32,000 nt of DNA from Candidatus Babelota bacterium (GCA_039809905.1 JBDHVY010000001.1:450001-482000), one strand, 5' to 3'; positions 24,140 to 32,000 are shown, counted from the first letter of the stretch. Notes: generated by a model not told the origin, from the sequence alone. Program-made: numbers and translations.

Positions 24140-25291
24140 ATGAAGCACATAAAAACAAAATTATTTTTTTTATTACTTTTTATCAGCAACGTCATCAGCA
24201 GCATGGATATATTGCAAGCAAAAAAGAAATCATCTCCAGCAACAAAAGCTGCTCTTAATGCTATAACAAATGATTCAGTTAACTCCTTGAAAGCTGCACT
24301 TTCACAAGGCGCAGATATCAGCTGTGTAACTAAAAATGGAAATACTTTACTATTATCAGCTACCCAAAGACAAAAAAAGAAAACCTCTCTGTATCTTTCT
24401 ATTCAGCCATATTTTCAGAATGACCTCATAATCAATCACCAAAACTTTGCAGGAAAAACAGTTTTAATGGAAGCAGCCTTTCATGGATATAAAAAGATAG
24501 TAAAAAAGATATTAAAAATAAAAAACATTGGCCTCGACCTACAAGATATGAATGGAGATTTTGCTCTGCATTTTGCTGTCCGTAAGGGGCATAATGATAT
24601 TACTCGATTACTGGTAGAACATGGAGCTAACCCAACAATTCAAGACAATAACGGAATAACCATTGCTTTTTATAAAAATGTGCTTGATAACCACAACCTT
24701 GATTCAGCTATAATAAAAAAAATTATATATGCACGAGATGCTCATGAAAATACTCAACTTCACTTGCTTGCAACAGCAGATATAGAAAGCATGATAAAAA
24801 CCAACAACCAATCTATTTCAGCAAATGATTTATTTTTCATGATTGTTGAAAACTTGATACAACACGGCGTAAGCATATGGAGCATGAACGATAATAATAT
24901 GCTCGCCGTAGAAACTGCATATGAGAGATATTGTGCATTGCATCAACAGTATACAAAAAACCCAAGAATTTATTTGATGAACACCTTAAACAGTCAAGAA
25001 AAAATATTACATTTGCTGCTGCTCTATTATTTAAAGCAAACACAAAACAAACCCATTTCAATGTTACCATCACCTTATACATGCGGATTAAATATCGAAA
25101 CGGTAATGGCACAAAAACATGCAAATAATGAAAACTATTATCAAAACTATAGTATTGATACTAAAAATAAGTTAAAAAGAAAATTATGGATAAATCAGAC
25201 ACAGATCCCAATAGTTTGGGTATCACCAGCTTATGCTGGCCCCTCAATAATAAATGAATATGGCGACACCAACTATAATTCCTTGAAATAA
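24140..25291 (+). CDS. Secreted ankyrin-repeat protein, tandem paralog 3
   Basis: Conserved start MKHIKTKLFFLLLFISNVISS at 24140, preceded by AAGGAT-N10. The ORF-track start 24104 is a TTG in the spacer. ANK units (GKTVLMEAAFHGYKKIVKKIL, FALHFAVRKGHNDITRLLVEHGANPTIQDNNGITIAF). The C-terminus ends in the same EYGDTNYNSLK as paralog 2. Confidence 0.8.
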   Translation: MKHIKTKLFFLLLFISNVISSMDILQAKKKSSPATKAALNAITNDSVNSLKAALSQGADISCVTKNGNTLLLSATQRQKKKTSLYLSIQPYFQNDLIINHQNFAGKTVLMEAAFHGYKKIVKKILKIKNIGLDLQDMNGDFALHFAVRKGHNDITRLLVEHGANPTIQDNNGITIAFYKNVLDNHNLDSAIIKKIIYARDAHENTQLHLLATADIESMIKTNNQSISANDLFFMIVENLIQHGVSIWSMNDNNMLAVETAYERYCALHQQYTKNPRIYLMNTLNSQEKILHLLLLYYLKQTQNKPISMLPSPYTCGLNIETVMAQKHANNENYYQNYSIDTKNKLKRKLWINQTQIPIVWVSPAYAGPSIINEYGDTNYNSLK

Positions 25292-25401
25292 CTGAACATA
25301 ATTATCCATACTCATAAAAAACAAAAAAGAGATTTGCTTACATTATGATTAAGAAAATAATTGCTGCATTCATTTTTATTGTTTGTTTAGGATATATAAT
25401 C

Positions 25402-26022
25402 ATGCCGAACGATCCATTACGTAAATATAAATCAAAACGAAATCTTGATACGTCTGGCGAACCTAACTCCGCTAAAGCTACATCGGATACAACGGCGGGC
25501 AATCCCCATGATAAGCCCATTTTTGTTGTTCAAAAACATGATGCAAGCCATTTACATTATGATGTTCGCTTAGAAATTAATGGGGTACTTAAATCATGGG
25601 CAGTTCCTAAAGGCCCTTCAACTAACCCAGCTATTAAACGCCTTGCCGTAGAAACAGAAGATCATCCCATGGAATATGCAACGTTCGAAGGAGTAATTCC
25701 TGAAGGCCATTATGGAGCTGGCCCTGTTATCGTGTGGGATACCGGCACTTTTGATAACATAAAAGAAAAAGATGGTAACATTATCCCTATCGAAAAGTCC
25801 TATAAAAAAGGACAAATTGAAGTTAATCTCCATGGTAAAAAACTGCAAGGAGGATACGCTCTTATTCGCACCGCTGCGCAGGAAAAAAAATGGTTACTTA
25901 TTAAAATGCGCGATGAATATGCAAATGCACGCCGTAATCCAGTAAACACAGAACAAGAATCAGTTTTATCAGGAAAAACAATAGAAAATATAGAACATTC
26001 CAAAAAAAAATTAAAAAAATGA
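25402..26022 (+). CDS. Stand-alone LigD-type 3'-phosphoesterase (PE) domain protein (NHEJ end-processing)
   Basis: MPNDPLRKYKSKRNLDTSGEP... then FVVQKHDASHLHYDVRLE..GVLKSWAVPKGPS and ...EDHPMEYATFEG.IPEG.YGAGPVIVWDTGTF match the LigD PE signature. Start chosen at 25402 (AGGAT-N8-ATG). The longer ORF from 25345 adds a hydrophobic 19-aa extension whose DNA is homologous to non-coding spacer at 24075-24120. Confidence 0.85.
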   Translation: MPNDPLRKYKSKRNLDTSGEPNSAKATSDTTAGNPHDKPIFVVQKHDASHLHYDVRLEINGVLKSWAVPKGPSTNPAIKRLAVETEDHPMEYATFEGVIPEGHYGAGPVIVWDTGTFDNIKEKDGNIIPIEKSYKKGQIEVNLHGKKLQGGYALIRTAAQEKKWLLIKMRDEYANARRNPVNTEQESVLSGKTIENIEHSKKKLKK

Positions 26023-26930
26023 ACATTCAATCTGGCCGTTATACAATAGAAATAACGCATCCTGAAAGAATTGTATTTGGAAAATCAGGTTTAACTAAAA
26101 AAGATCTCATCGATTATTATCGTAAAATTGCTCCCATTATGATGCCATATCTTGATAAACGTCCTATTTCTATGCAACGATTCCCTAATGGAATTGTAGA
26201 TGAAGGATTTTTCCAAAAAGATGCCAGTGATTATTTTCCTCAATGGATTACCCGAAAATCTATCACCAAAGAAAATGGCGATACTGTCAATTATGTGGTT
26301 ATTGATAAAGAGGCAACTCTTATTTATTTGGCAAATCAAAATTGCATTACTCCACATCTATGGTTAAGTAAAATAGATAAGCTCAATAAACCAGATCGCA
26401 TGATTTTTGATCTTGATCCTGCAGATAAACTACCATTTTCTGCCGTTCAAGATGTTGCTAAAAAACTTAAAGAGCGTCTTGATATCCTTGAATTACCATC
26501 ATTTTATCTGTTGACTGGATCACGTGGAGCTCATATTGTTGTTCCTTTAAAACGCATTCATACCTTTGATGAAATTCGTGATTTTGCACACGATATTGCA
26601 CTATTATTGACGCAACAATTTCCAAAATTAATAACAACTGAAATGCGAAAAGCAAAACGAGGTAAACGCGTATTTCTTGATTGGTTACGCAATGGATATA
26701 GTGCTACCGCAGTTGCTCCATATGCCGTCCGTGCACGTGAAAATGCCCCTGTTGCAATGCCCATAACATGGAAAGAATTACTAAAAAAAGATATGATCTC
26801 TCAAAAATACACTATTAAAAATGCTATAAAACATATCACCAAAGTTGGTGATATTTGGCATGATATGCAAAAACATGCTGTTTCCTTGAAAAGTGCTCAA
26901 AAAAAATTAGAAAAAATGATACGAACATAA
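26019..26930 (+). CDS. Stand-alone LigD-type polymerase/primase domain protein (AEP superfamily, PolDom)
   Basis: 303 aa. THPERIVFGKSGLTKKDLIDYYRKIAPIMMPYLDKRPISMQRFPNGI..FFQKD, catalytic RMIFDLDP, LTGSRGAHIVVPL, DWLRN..SATAVAPYAVRA. The start overlaps the PE stop (ATGA, 26019-26022). Confidence 0.9.
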   Translation: MNIQSGRYTIEITHPERIVFGKSGLTKKDLIDYYRKIAPIMMPYLDKRPISMQRFPNGIVDEGFFQKDASDYFPQWITRKSITKENGDTVNYVVIDKEATLIYLANQNCITPHLWLSKIDKLNKPDRMIFDLDPADKLPFSAVQDVAKKLKERLDILELPSFYLLTGSRGAHIVVPLKRIHTFDEIRDFAHDIALLLTQQFPKLITTEMRKAKRGKRVFLDWLRNGYSATAVAPYAVRARENAPVAMPITWKELLKKDMISQKYTIKNAIKHITKVGDIWHDMQKHAVSLKSAQKKLEKMIRT

Positions 26931-26943
26931 AAAAGGAATTGTC

Positions 26944-27324
26944 ATGATAATATTGATTCTTGCAATGATTGGTCTTGTTATTTCTCTTTATGGTATAATG
27001 GTAGAACGTAAATTACAACAAGACATGCAATACAAAGCAGTGTGTGATATCTCTGATAAAATTTCATGCACACGTCCAATGCTCAGCCAATATAATAAAA
27101 TGCTTGGTATTTCCAATAGCTTAGCGGCAGCTTTATATTATCTCATTATTATTATCGCAATACCGCTCAATCAACCTGAGCTCGTAATGATTATCACCAG
27201 CGTAGGATTGCTCATAACAATCATATATGCATACATCTTATATTTTAAAATTCAATCTTTGTGTTTAATCTGCACATCACTGTATATTATAAATATATTG
27301 CTTGCGACATGGAGTATATTGTAA
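26944..27324 (+). CDS. Vitamin K epoxide reductase (VKOR) family membrane thiol oxidoreductase
   Basis: 126 aa with four hydrophobic helices. Loop cysteine pair C-x7-C (VCDISDKISC) after TM1 and CxxC (CLIC) at the start of the last helix, the VKOR arrangement. RBS AGGA-N7-ATG. Confidence 0.7.
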   Translation: MIILILAMIGLVISLYGIMVERKLQQDMQYKAVCDISDKISCTRPMLSQYNKMLGISNSLAAALYYLIIIIAIPLNQPELVMIITSVGLLITIIYAYILYFKIQSLCLICTSLYIINILLATWSIL

Positions 27325-27326
27325 TT

Positions 27327-27986
27327 ATGAAAATTTTTTTAGATACCGCAAATACTGAGTTCATTACACAATGGGCTCACTCTGGTCTTATCGATGGGGT
27401 TACTACTAATCCAACGCACTTGAGTAAAGAAAGTAAAAATCCAACCGATCAGATTCTTGCCATATGCGACATGCTGCCACTAGGTATCATCAGTGTTGAA
27501 GTTGTAGAAACAAAACCAGAAGATGTATACATACAAGCTCGCCGTATCGCATCATTATCAGATAATATTGCCGTAAAAATTCCCTGTCATCCACGCTATT
27601 ATTCCGTTATTAAAAAACTTGTTGAAGAAGGAATTATACTTAATATTACGTTGGTGTTTTCTCTTACACAAGGTCTTATGATGTCAAAACTAGGAGTTGA
27701 TTATATTTCTCCTTTTATAGGCAGACTTGATGATAATGGGGCCGATGGTATTGAATTGATTCGACAACTACGGCATATGCTTGATTGGTATGGATTTGAG
27801 ACTCAATTACTCGCTGCATCAATACGCGATACACAGCATCTTGAAAAAGTTATTATGGCTGGCGCTGATATCGCAACAGTACCCACCACCGTATTTGAAC
27901 AATCACTCATACATCAATTAACTGATGCTGGTATGGCACAATTTTTAGCTGATTGGAAAAAATTAAACATCAGCACATTTCCTTAA
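27327..27986 (+). CDS. tal: Transaldolase, short type (TalC / fructose-6-phosphate aldolase family)
   Basis: MKIFLDTAN....GLIDGVTTNP, catalytic-Lys block IAVKIP, NITLVFS, YISPFIGRLDD, LAASIR, FLADWKK align end to end with Bacillus-type short transaldolase as remembered. Start moved from 27261 (inside VKOR) to the ATG at 27327. Confidence 0.9.
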   Translation: MKIFLDTANTEFITQWAHSGLIDGVTTNPTHLSKESKNPTDQILAICDMLPLGIISVEVVETKPEDVYIQARRIASLSDNIAVKIPCHPRYYSVIKKLVEEGIILNITLVFSLTQGLMMSKLGVDYISPFIGRLDDNGADGIELIRQLRHMLDWYGFETQLLAASIRDTQHLEKVIMAGADIATVPTTVFEQSLIHQLTDAGMAQFLADWKKLNISTFP

Positions 27987-28004
27987 GATATATTATGCGA
28001 ATTC

Positions 28005-28037
28005 ATACCCCATACTCATTCTTCGCATGGGAACCCC
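28005..28037 (-). repeat. Partial copy D of the structured repeat, inverted orientation, between tal and the GT4 gene
   Basis: The reverse complement GGGGTTCCCATGCGAAGAATGAGTATGGGGTAT matches GGGGTCCCCATATGAAGAATGAGGATGGGGTAA of copy B, i.e. the CCCAT/ATGGG hairpin with the conserved GAAGAATGAG loop. Confidence 0.55.
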
Positions 28038-28071
28038 GGCTAAGAGCAGCTAAGCTGAGAATAGGATAAAC

Positions 28072-29196
28072 ATGCGAATTTTCTTTGTAACCAATAATTA
28101 TACTCCTTATGCAGGTGGCGTTGTACAATCAATTACTGCAATTACACAAGCACTTCAAGCCGAAGGACATGATGTTTTTATTATTACGCTTACTTTTTTA
28201 AAAACACATAATGATCCAGCTTACGTTATCAGAATACCGTGCCCCATAAGATTTATGTTTAAAAAGAATTATATGGCAATTCCATGGAGACCAACTCATG
28301 CCATTATGGATCTTATCGAAAAATATAAACCAGATATTATACATATTCATCATCCTTTTTTATTAGGAACTAGTGCACTTCGTGCTGCAAAAAAATATAA
28401 TATTAAGTGCATTTTTACGTATCACACTCTTTACGAACATTATGTACATTATGTACCGCTACCAAAAATCATCATTCAACCGCTTATGCATCGATCCATA
28501 CAAATATTTTGTAATCAAGTTGATGCTATTATTGCACCAAGTACAAGTATTAAAAATTACCTGTTATTACAAAACATCACAACACCTATAACGGTGATTC
28601 CAAGCCCTTTGCGCAACATTTTTACCTACAATACACACAATGTTTTAAAAAAAAACAATGATCAGTATTTTGAATTACTACTTGTTACTCGTTGTACACC
28701 GGAAAAAAACATTCCTTTTGTTTTTAATGTTTTACAATTACTACCGCTGCATTTCAGGCTCACCATTGTCGGCTATGGCTCTGAGTATGAAAGATTACAA
28801 ACACTAGCTTTTGATACATTATGCATAAGCAAAGAACGCATACAATTTATTCACAAACCATCAGAAACTGATTTGCTCAGCATATATCGAGTATCGCATC
28901 TTTTTATTTTTCCTTCGCAAACAGATACGCAAGCAATCGTTCTTGCAGAAAGTATGTCACAAGGAATACCTGTTATAGCATTAGATGGGCCAGGACAGCG
29001 AGATATTATTATTAATAGAGTAAATGGTTTTATTACTACTAATGCAAAAGAAACAGCTGAGATCATTTTAAAGATCTCAGCTGATAAAAAATTCTATGAT
29101 TATCTTGTTTCAGGAGCTCAAGCAACTGCGCATAATTATCATTCATCAATAATCATACAAAAACTGCTCATGCTCTATAATACAATTAAAATATGA
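28072..29196 (+). CDS. Glycosyltransferase family 4 (GT-B fold, group 1)
   Basis: 374 aa. N-terminus MRIFFVTNNYTPYAGGVVQSI typical of GT4. C-terminal donor-binding region FIFPSQTDTQAIVLAESMSQGIPVIALDGPGQRDII..RVNGF. RBS AGGA-N6-ATG. Confidence 0.85.
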   Translation: MRIFFVTNNYTPYAGGVVQSITAITQALQAEGHDVFIITLTFLKTHNDPAYVIRIPCPIRFMFKKNYMAIPWRPTHAIMDLIEKYKPDIIHIHHPFLLGTSALRAAKKYNIKCIFTYHTLYEHYVHYVPLPKIIIQPLMHRSIQIFCNQVDAIIAPSTSIKNYLLLQNITTPITVIPSPLRNIFTYNTHNVLKKNNDQYFELLLVTRCTPEKNIPFVFNVLQLLPLHFRLTIVGYGSEYERLQTLAFDTLCISKERIQFIHKPSETDLLSIYRVSHLFIFPSQTDTQAIVLAESMSQGIPVIALDGPGQRDIIINRVNGFITTNAKETAEIILKISADKKFYDYLVSGAQATAHNYHSSIIIQKLLMLYNTIKI

Positions 29197-29199
29197 CAA

Positions 29200-30009
29200 T
29201 CATTTATGAATTTTGGATTCTAGAGCCCTTCTTAGCAACTTATCATAATTAGCTAAAAATTGCTCATTTTGACCAAAAGTCGCCACAGATCTTGCCATGC
29301 GACAAATAGAAGAAAAAGACATAACAGCAGCATCAGCAGAAGATATATGAAGTGTACTTTTTTGATTCATCATCACGGCATATAATCCTCTAGCCAGAGG
29401 ATAATTTCTTCTTAATTGATCATTATATAACAAATTAATAGTACCTTGCACATCATCCTTTGCAATACCTTTTTCAAATGCTATTTCTAAATCTTGTTGC
29501 TCACAAAACTGAAAAAATTTTGAGTAAAAAATCCGTGTTTTTGCATCCAATTGCTTTGAAACATCAACATTTCTCTTTGTTGTTAGCGTTTTTGACTGTT
29601 GTCTTATAGGTATTGTTTTTACCGGTGCTTTTGATACTGAACCCAGGAGCTTGCCAGGCTTGCCTGTTTCTGATTCTTCTGATAGTGGCGCTAATAATGG
29701 GCATACCATACGTGGAGCTTCTTGTTGAACAAAATAGGTAGGCTTTGACAAAGAAGGAGCTCTAGAAAGTTTATCATTTGCCTTTTTTTCTCTTTTTTCT
29801 TGTTCCTTCGGCATTGGAGGCAATTGTGACATTAAAGTAAGCAATGAACCTTTTTTACCCTCTGAAAAAACAGGTTTTGATACCGAATCTGCAAGTAATG
29901 ATCTGCGAGTATTATCTAGCGATCGTCCTTGTCTTGGATTCTTCATTGTTAATGATACACAAGGCATAGCAAATAATAAGAATATGATACTGTATTTAAT
30001 GTTATTCAT
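29200..30009 (-). CDS. Hypothetical secreted protein
   Basis: 269-aa ORF with an ATG start and signal-like MNNIKYSIIFLLFAMPCVSL. Basic, low-complexity first half. No family recognised. Confidence 0.5.
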   Translation of the reverse strand: MNNIKYSIIFLLFAMPCVSLTMKNPRQGRSLDNTRRSLLADSVSKPVFSEGKKGSLLTLMSQLPPMPKEQEKREKKANDKLSRAPSLSKPTYFVQQEAPRMVCPLLAPLSEESETGKPGKLLGSVSKAPVKTIPIRQQSKTLTTKRNVDVSKQLDAKTRIFYSKFFQFCEQQDLEIAFEKGIAKDDVQGTINLLYNDQLRRNYPLARGLYAVMMNQKSTLHISSADAAVMSFSSICRMARSVATFGQNEQFLANYDKLLRRALESKIHK

Positions 30010-30024
30010 ACGTGTTCCAAATAG

Positions 30025-30912
30025 TTAGCTATTAGGTTTTTTAGCAAAAGAATCTACAATATTTTTAGCTGTTCCATCATAAGTTCCACCAGAATTTTTT
30101 TTGGTGGCATTCAATTGCATATTTTGTGATCTCTCGGTCATACGCTTAGGATTCTGTTTATGAGCTTCACGCGTTATTGCTGGTTTATTCGCAGAATATA
30201 AATGTGCAGTCTTAGGACGCGAAGTCTTAACAGGAGTAACAATATTTTGATCTGCAGGAGTATAAGCAGGAACATCTGCTAGAACTGGTTGTTTTGATGT
30301 TTCTTTTTTTCTTCTTATAGTTTTTTCTTTTGGAAATGCTTTTGATAATTTTGGCACAACAACCACTTCTTCTTCAAGAAAACAGTCTTCTGCATTCTTT
30401 ATAAAAGCATCTTTTGCCGCTAATTGCTGATTTGTTTGTTCATTGTATACTTCTTGTTCTGCCGCCCTTTTTGCATTCAATTGATTTTTTCTGAGTTGTT
30501 TCTTTAAATCTTTTTCTGCTTGTATATCTCGTTGCTCTTTATCTTCTTTACGTTTTTTTTGCCCATCCGCAAAGTATTGCTGAGCTTCTTCATGGCGTTG
30601 AAATACTACAACATCCTGATTAGCACGAGAAACACTCTTTGGCTTTTCTGTCTCTCTTGCTTGTGAATTAAAACGGACACGTTGTTCTTCTTCGACTATT
30701 CTTTGCAGATGATCCAGCGATTGGGCAATAGGATGATCTTTGTCTTCTTTTTCTTGTTTGCGAGCATCTTTCAATATAATGACTCTAGACTCTTTATCGC
30801 TCTTTGATCTTGTTGCTACCTGCGTTTTCTCACTGCCAAGCACACAAGAAACCGTTGCTATCATCATCAAAGCACACAAAGCTGTATGTTTTTTTATAGT
30901 TCCAACCAACAT
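30025..30912 (-). CDS. Hypothetical secreted Lys/Glu/Gln-rich protein
   Basis: The internal ATG at 30912 follows a G-run (GGGGGGG-N8) and gives the signal-like MLVGTIKKHTALCALMMIATVSCVLG. The ORF-track start 30993 adds 27 aa with no RBS. It lies 15 nt upstream of the next gene on the same strand. Confidence 0.5.
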   Translation of the reverse strand: MLVGTIKKHTALCALMMIATVSCVLGSEKTQVATRSKSDKESRVIILKDARKQEKEDKDHPIAQSLDHLQRIVEEEQRVRFNSQARETEKPKSVSRANQDVVVFQRHEEAQQYFADGQKKRKEDKEQRDIQAEKDLKKQLRKNQLNAKRAAEQEVYNEQTNQQLAAKDAFIKNAEDCFLEEEVVVVPKLSKAFPKEKTIRRKKETSKQPVLADVPAYTPADQNIVTPVKTSRPKTAHLYSANKPAITREAHKQNPKRMTERSQNMQLNATKKNSGGTYDGTAKNIVDSFAKKPNS

Positions 30913-31066
30913 AATATAACCCCCCCGAAAATATATACGATAAATAAATGATAAATAGAGTAGAACAAACAATGAACTACTATTGAATAGCATACTATAT
31001 TTTTAAAAAAAAACATCAAAAAGAAATCATTTACCTCAAAAACAATAAAAAAAAGACCATTTTATT

Positions 31067-31098
31067 ATTTATTTCTATGCAAACCCAAAGAAATAAAT
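31067..31098. promoter_or_regulatory. Perfect 10-bp inverted repeat in the divergent intergenic region upstream of uvrB
   Basis: ATTTATTTCT (31067-31076), 12-nt spacer, AGAAATAAAT (31089-31098). Function unknown; it is AT-rich, so chance is not excluded. Confidence 0.2.
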
Positions 31099-31156
31099 AG
31101 CAAACAGTCATAAAATTTGATATATTACGTAAAAAGAATAACTTTATGGGGGTTTT

Positions 31157-32000
31157 GTGTCTTTATTTAAACTTCATACACCATTTCCACCAGCAGGCAG
31201 CCAGCCGGAAGCCATTAAACAGCTCCTGGAAGGTCGTCCTGGTATCTCAACTCTTTTAGGCGTTACTGGCTCAGGAAAAACCTATACCATCGCCAATGTT
31301 ATCGCTCAGCAAGATAAGCCTGTTTTGATTTTAGCTCCCAATAAAACCCTTGCTGCTCAGCTTTATGAAGAATTTTCACAATTCTTTCCTGAAAATAAGG
31401 TTTGTTATTTCGTCAGTTATTATGATTATTATCAGCCTGAATCATATATGCCTGCACAAGATATTTATATTCCTAAAGAAACAAAGGTAAATAGCGAAAT
31501 TGAGCGATTACGCCTTGAAGCAACAGCATCGCTTATTAATCGTAAAGATACTATTGTTATAGCTTCTGTTTCCTGTATTTATTCCCTTGGCAACCCTAAC
31601 GATTATCGAGATCTAGCATTGTCTCTTTCAGTAGGTCAAAAAATAACTCGTGCAGAATTATTGCGGCAACTTATATTTATTCAATACACCCGTAATGATA
31701 TTGAGGCCGCATCAGGCAGGTTTTCAGTGTTTGGAAATACAATAGACGTACATTTACCCTATCAAAAGGATAAACTTCGTATCGAGCTATTTGGCGATGA
31801 AATTGAAAATTTGCTATGGGTTAGCAAGCAGAATAATACCGTCATGCGCGAACTTGATAACACCATTATTTTTCCTGCAAAACACTTTGTAACAACAGAA
31901 GAAAGAAAACAAAGTGCGCTCGAAAGCATTCAAACAGAGCTTGATGATTGGCTACCACAGGTTGCAAATCCTATTTATCACGAACGCATCAAGCAACGCG
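31157..32000 (+). CDS. uvrB: Excinuclease ABC subunit B (UvrB), N-terminal part; continues past the window end
   Basis: Absent from the ORF track. GTG at 31157 follows GGGGG-N4, with an in-frame stop at 31139-31141. Translation (M)SLFKLHTPFPPAGSQPEAIKQLLEGRPGISTLLGVTGSGKTYTIANVIAQQDKPVLILAPNKTLAAQLYEEFSQFFPENKVCYFVSYYDYYQPESYMP... closely parallels E. coli UvrB (FKPSGDQPEAI, LLGVTGSGKTFT, APNKTLAAQLY, YFVSYYDYYQPEAY). Confidence 0.92.
   Translation, partial: MSLFKLHTPFPPAGSQPEAIKQLLEGRPGISTLLGVTGSGKTYTIANVIAQQDKPVLILAPNKTLAAQLYEEFSQFFPENKVCYFVSYYDYYQPESYMPAQDIYIPKETKVNSEIERLRLEATASLINRKDTIVIASVSCIYSLGNPNDYRDLALSLSVGQKITRAELLRQLIFIQYTRNDIEAASGRFSVFGNTIDVHLPYQKDKLRIELFGDEIENLLWVSKQNNTVMRELDNTIIFPAKHFVTTEERKQSALESIQTELDDWLPQVANPIYHERIKQR

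Noticed and set aside
21400-25291. F-box or PRANC-like domain in the ankyrin C-terminal modules (LPCALFRQMLDII..., QEKILHILLLYYL...)
   Set aside because: The L-P-x-E-I-L-like pattern is weak and is not followed by the conserved F-box core (…VCK.W…). It cannot be supported by eye and needs an HMM search.
27261-27326. N-terminal extension of the transaldolase ORF overlapping VKOR
   Set aside because: Short transaldolases begin at M(K/L)(I/F)F(L/V)DTAN, which is the ATG at 27327 immediately after the VKOR stop. The extension is the VKOR C-terminus read in another frame.
28040-28071. CUGAGA motif (28055-28060) upstream of the GT4 gene as a possible TPP riboswitch
   Set aside because: Only the hexamer matches. 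The rest of the THI-box (the ACCUGAUCUGGAUAAUGCCAGC-type helix) is absent, the region is too short, and the downstream gene is unrelated to thiamine.
30913-30993. Upstream start for the 30025.. minus-strand ORF
   Set aside because: It adds MLFNSSSLFVLLYLSFIYRIYFRGGYI ahead of a perfectly good signal peptide. The ATG at 30912 has a G-rich RBS-like run, whereas 30993 has none. The longer form is not excluded.
1-32000. CRISPR arrays, prophage or transposon genes, toxin-antitoxin or known defence-system operons
   Set aside because: There are no regularly spaced direct repeats. No integrase, transposase or recombinase motifs appear in any ORF. No small paired ORFs with a TA-like arrangement are present. 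The only repeats are the intergenic structured elements and the gene duplications described above.

Overview
This is an AT-rich (about one third G+C by eye), densely coding bacterial chromosomal window. I saw no rRNA, tRNA, CRISPR array, transposase or integrase.

Housekeeping genes I recognise:
- gspF and a partial gspG (type II secretion / type IV pilus-like)
- priA and orn
- a single ORF carrying two complete D-Ala-D-Ala ligase modules
- two tandem P-type cation ATPases
- stand-alone LigD phosphoesterase and LigD polymerase genes
- a VKOR-family thiol oxidoreductase and a short-type transaldolase
- a GT4 glycosyltransferase
- a partial uvrB with a GTG start, absent from the ORF track

Between these lie genes typical of a host-associated or intracellular bacterium. 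My guess is a Dependentiae/TM6-like amoeba symbiont, which cannot be verified here.
- Four signal-peptide ankyrin-repeat proteins, three of them a tandem paralog array whose duplication and deletion junctions are visible.
- A glycosyltransferase resembling the N-terminal domain of animal collagen galactosyltransferase.
- A coiled-coil tail-anchored (SNARE-like architecture) protein.
- Several other orphan proteins with a signal peptide and a C-terminal anchor.

The signal least explained by gene annotation is a structured G/C-rich intergenic repeat family with four clear copies and a possible fifth. Three copies end just upstream of start codons. Two copies carry three coordinated substitutions that preserve two mutually exclusive helices. 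One partial inverted copy is flanked by a 9-bp direct repeat that includes a start codon.

I found no recognisable defence or novel multi-gene system. All calls come from reading the sequence and remembered family motifs, with no searches run.
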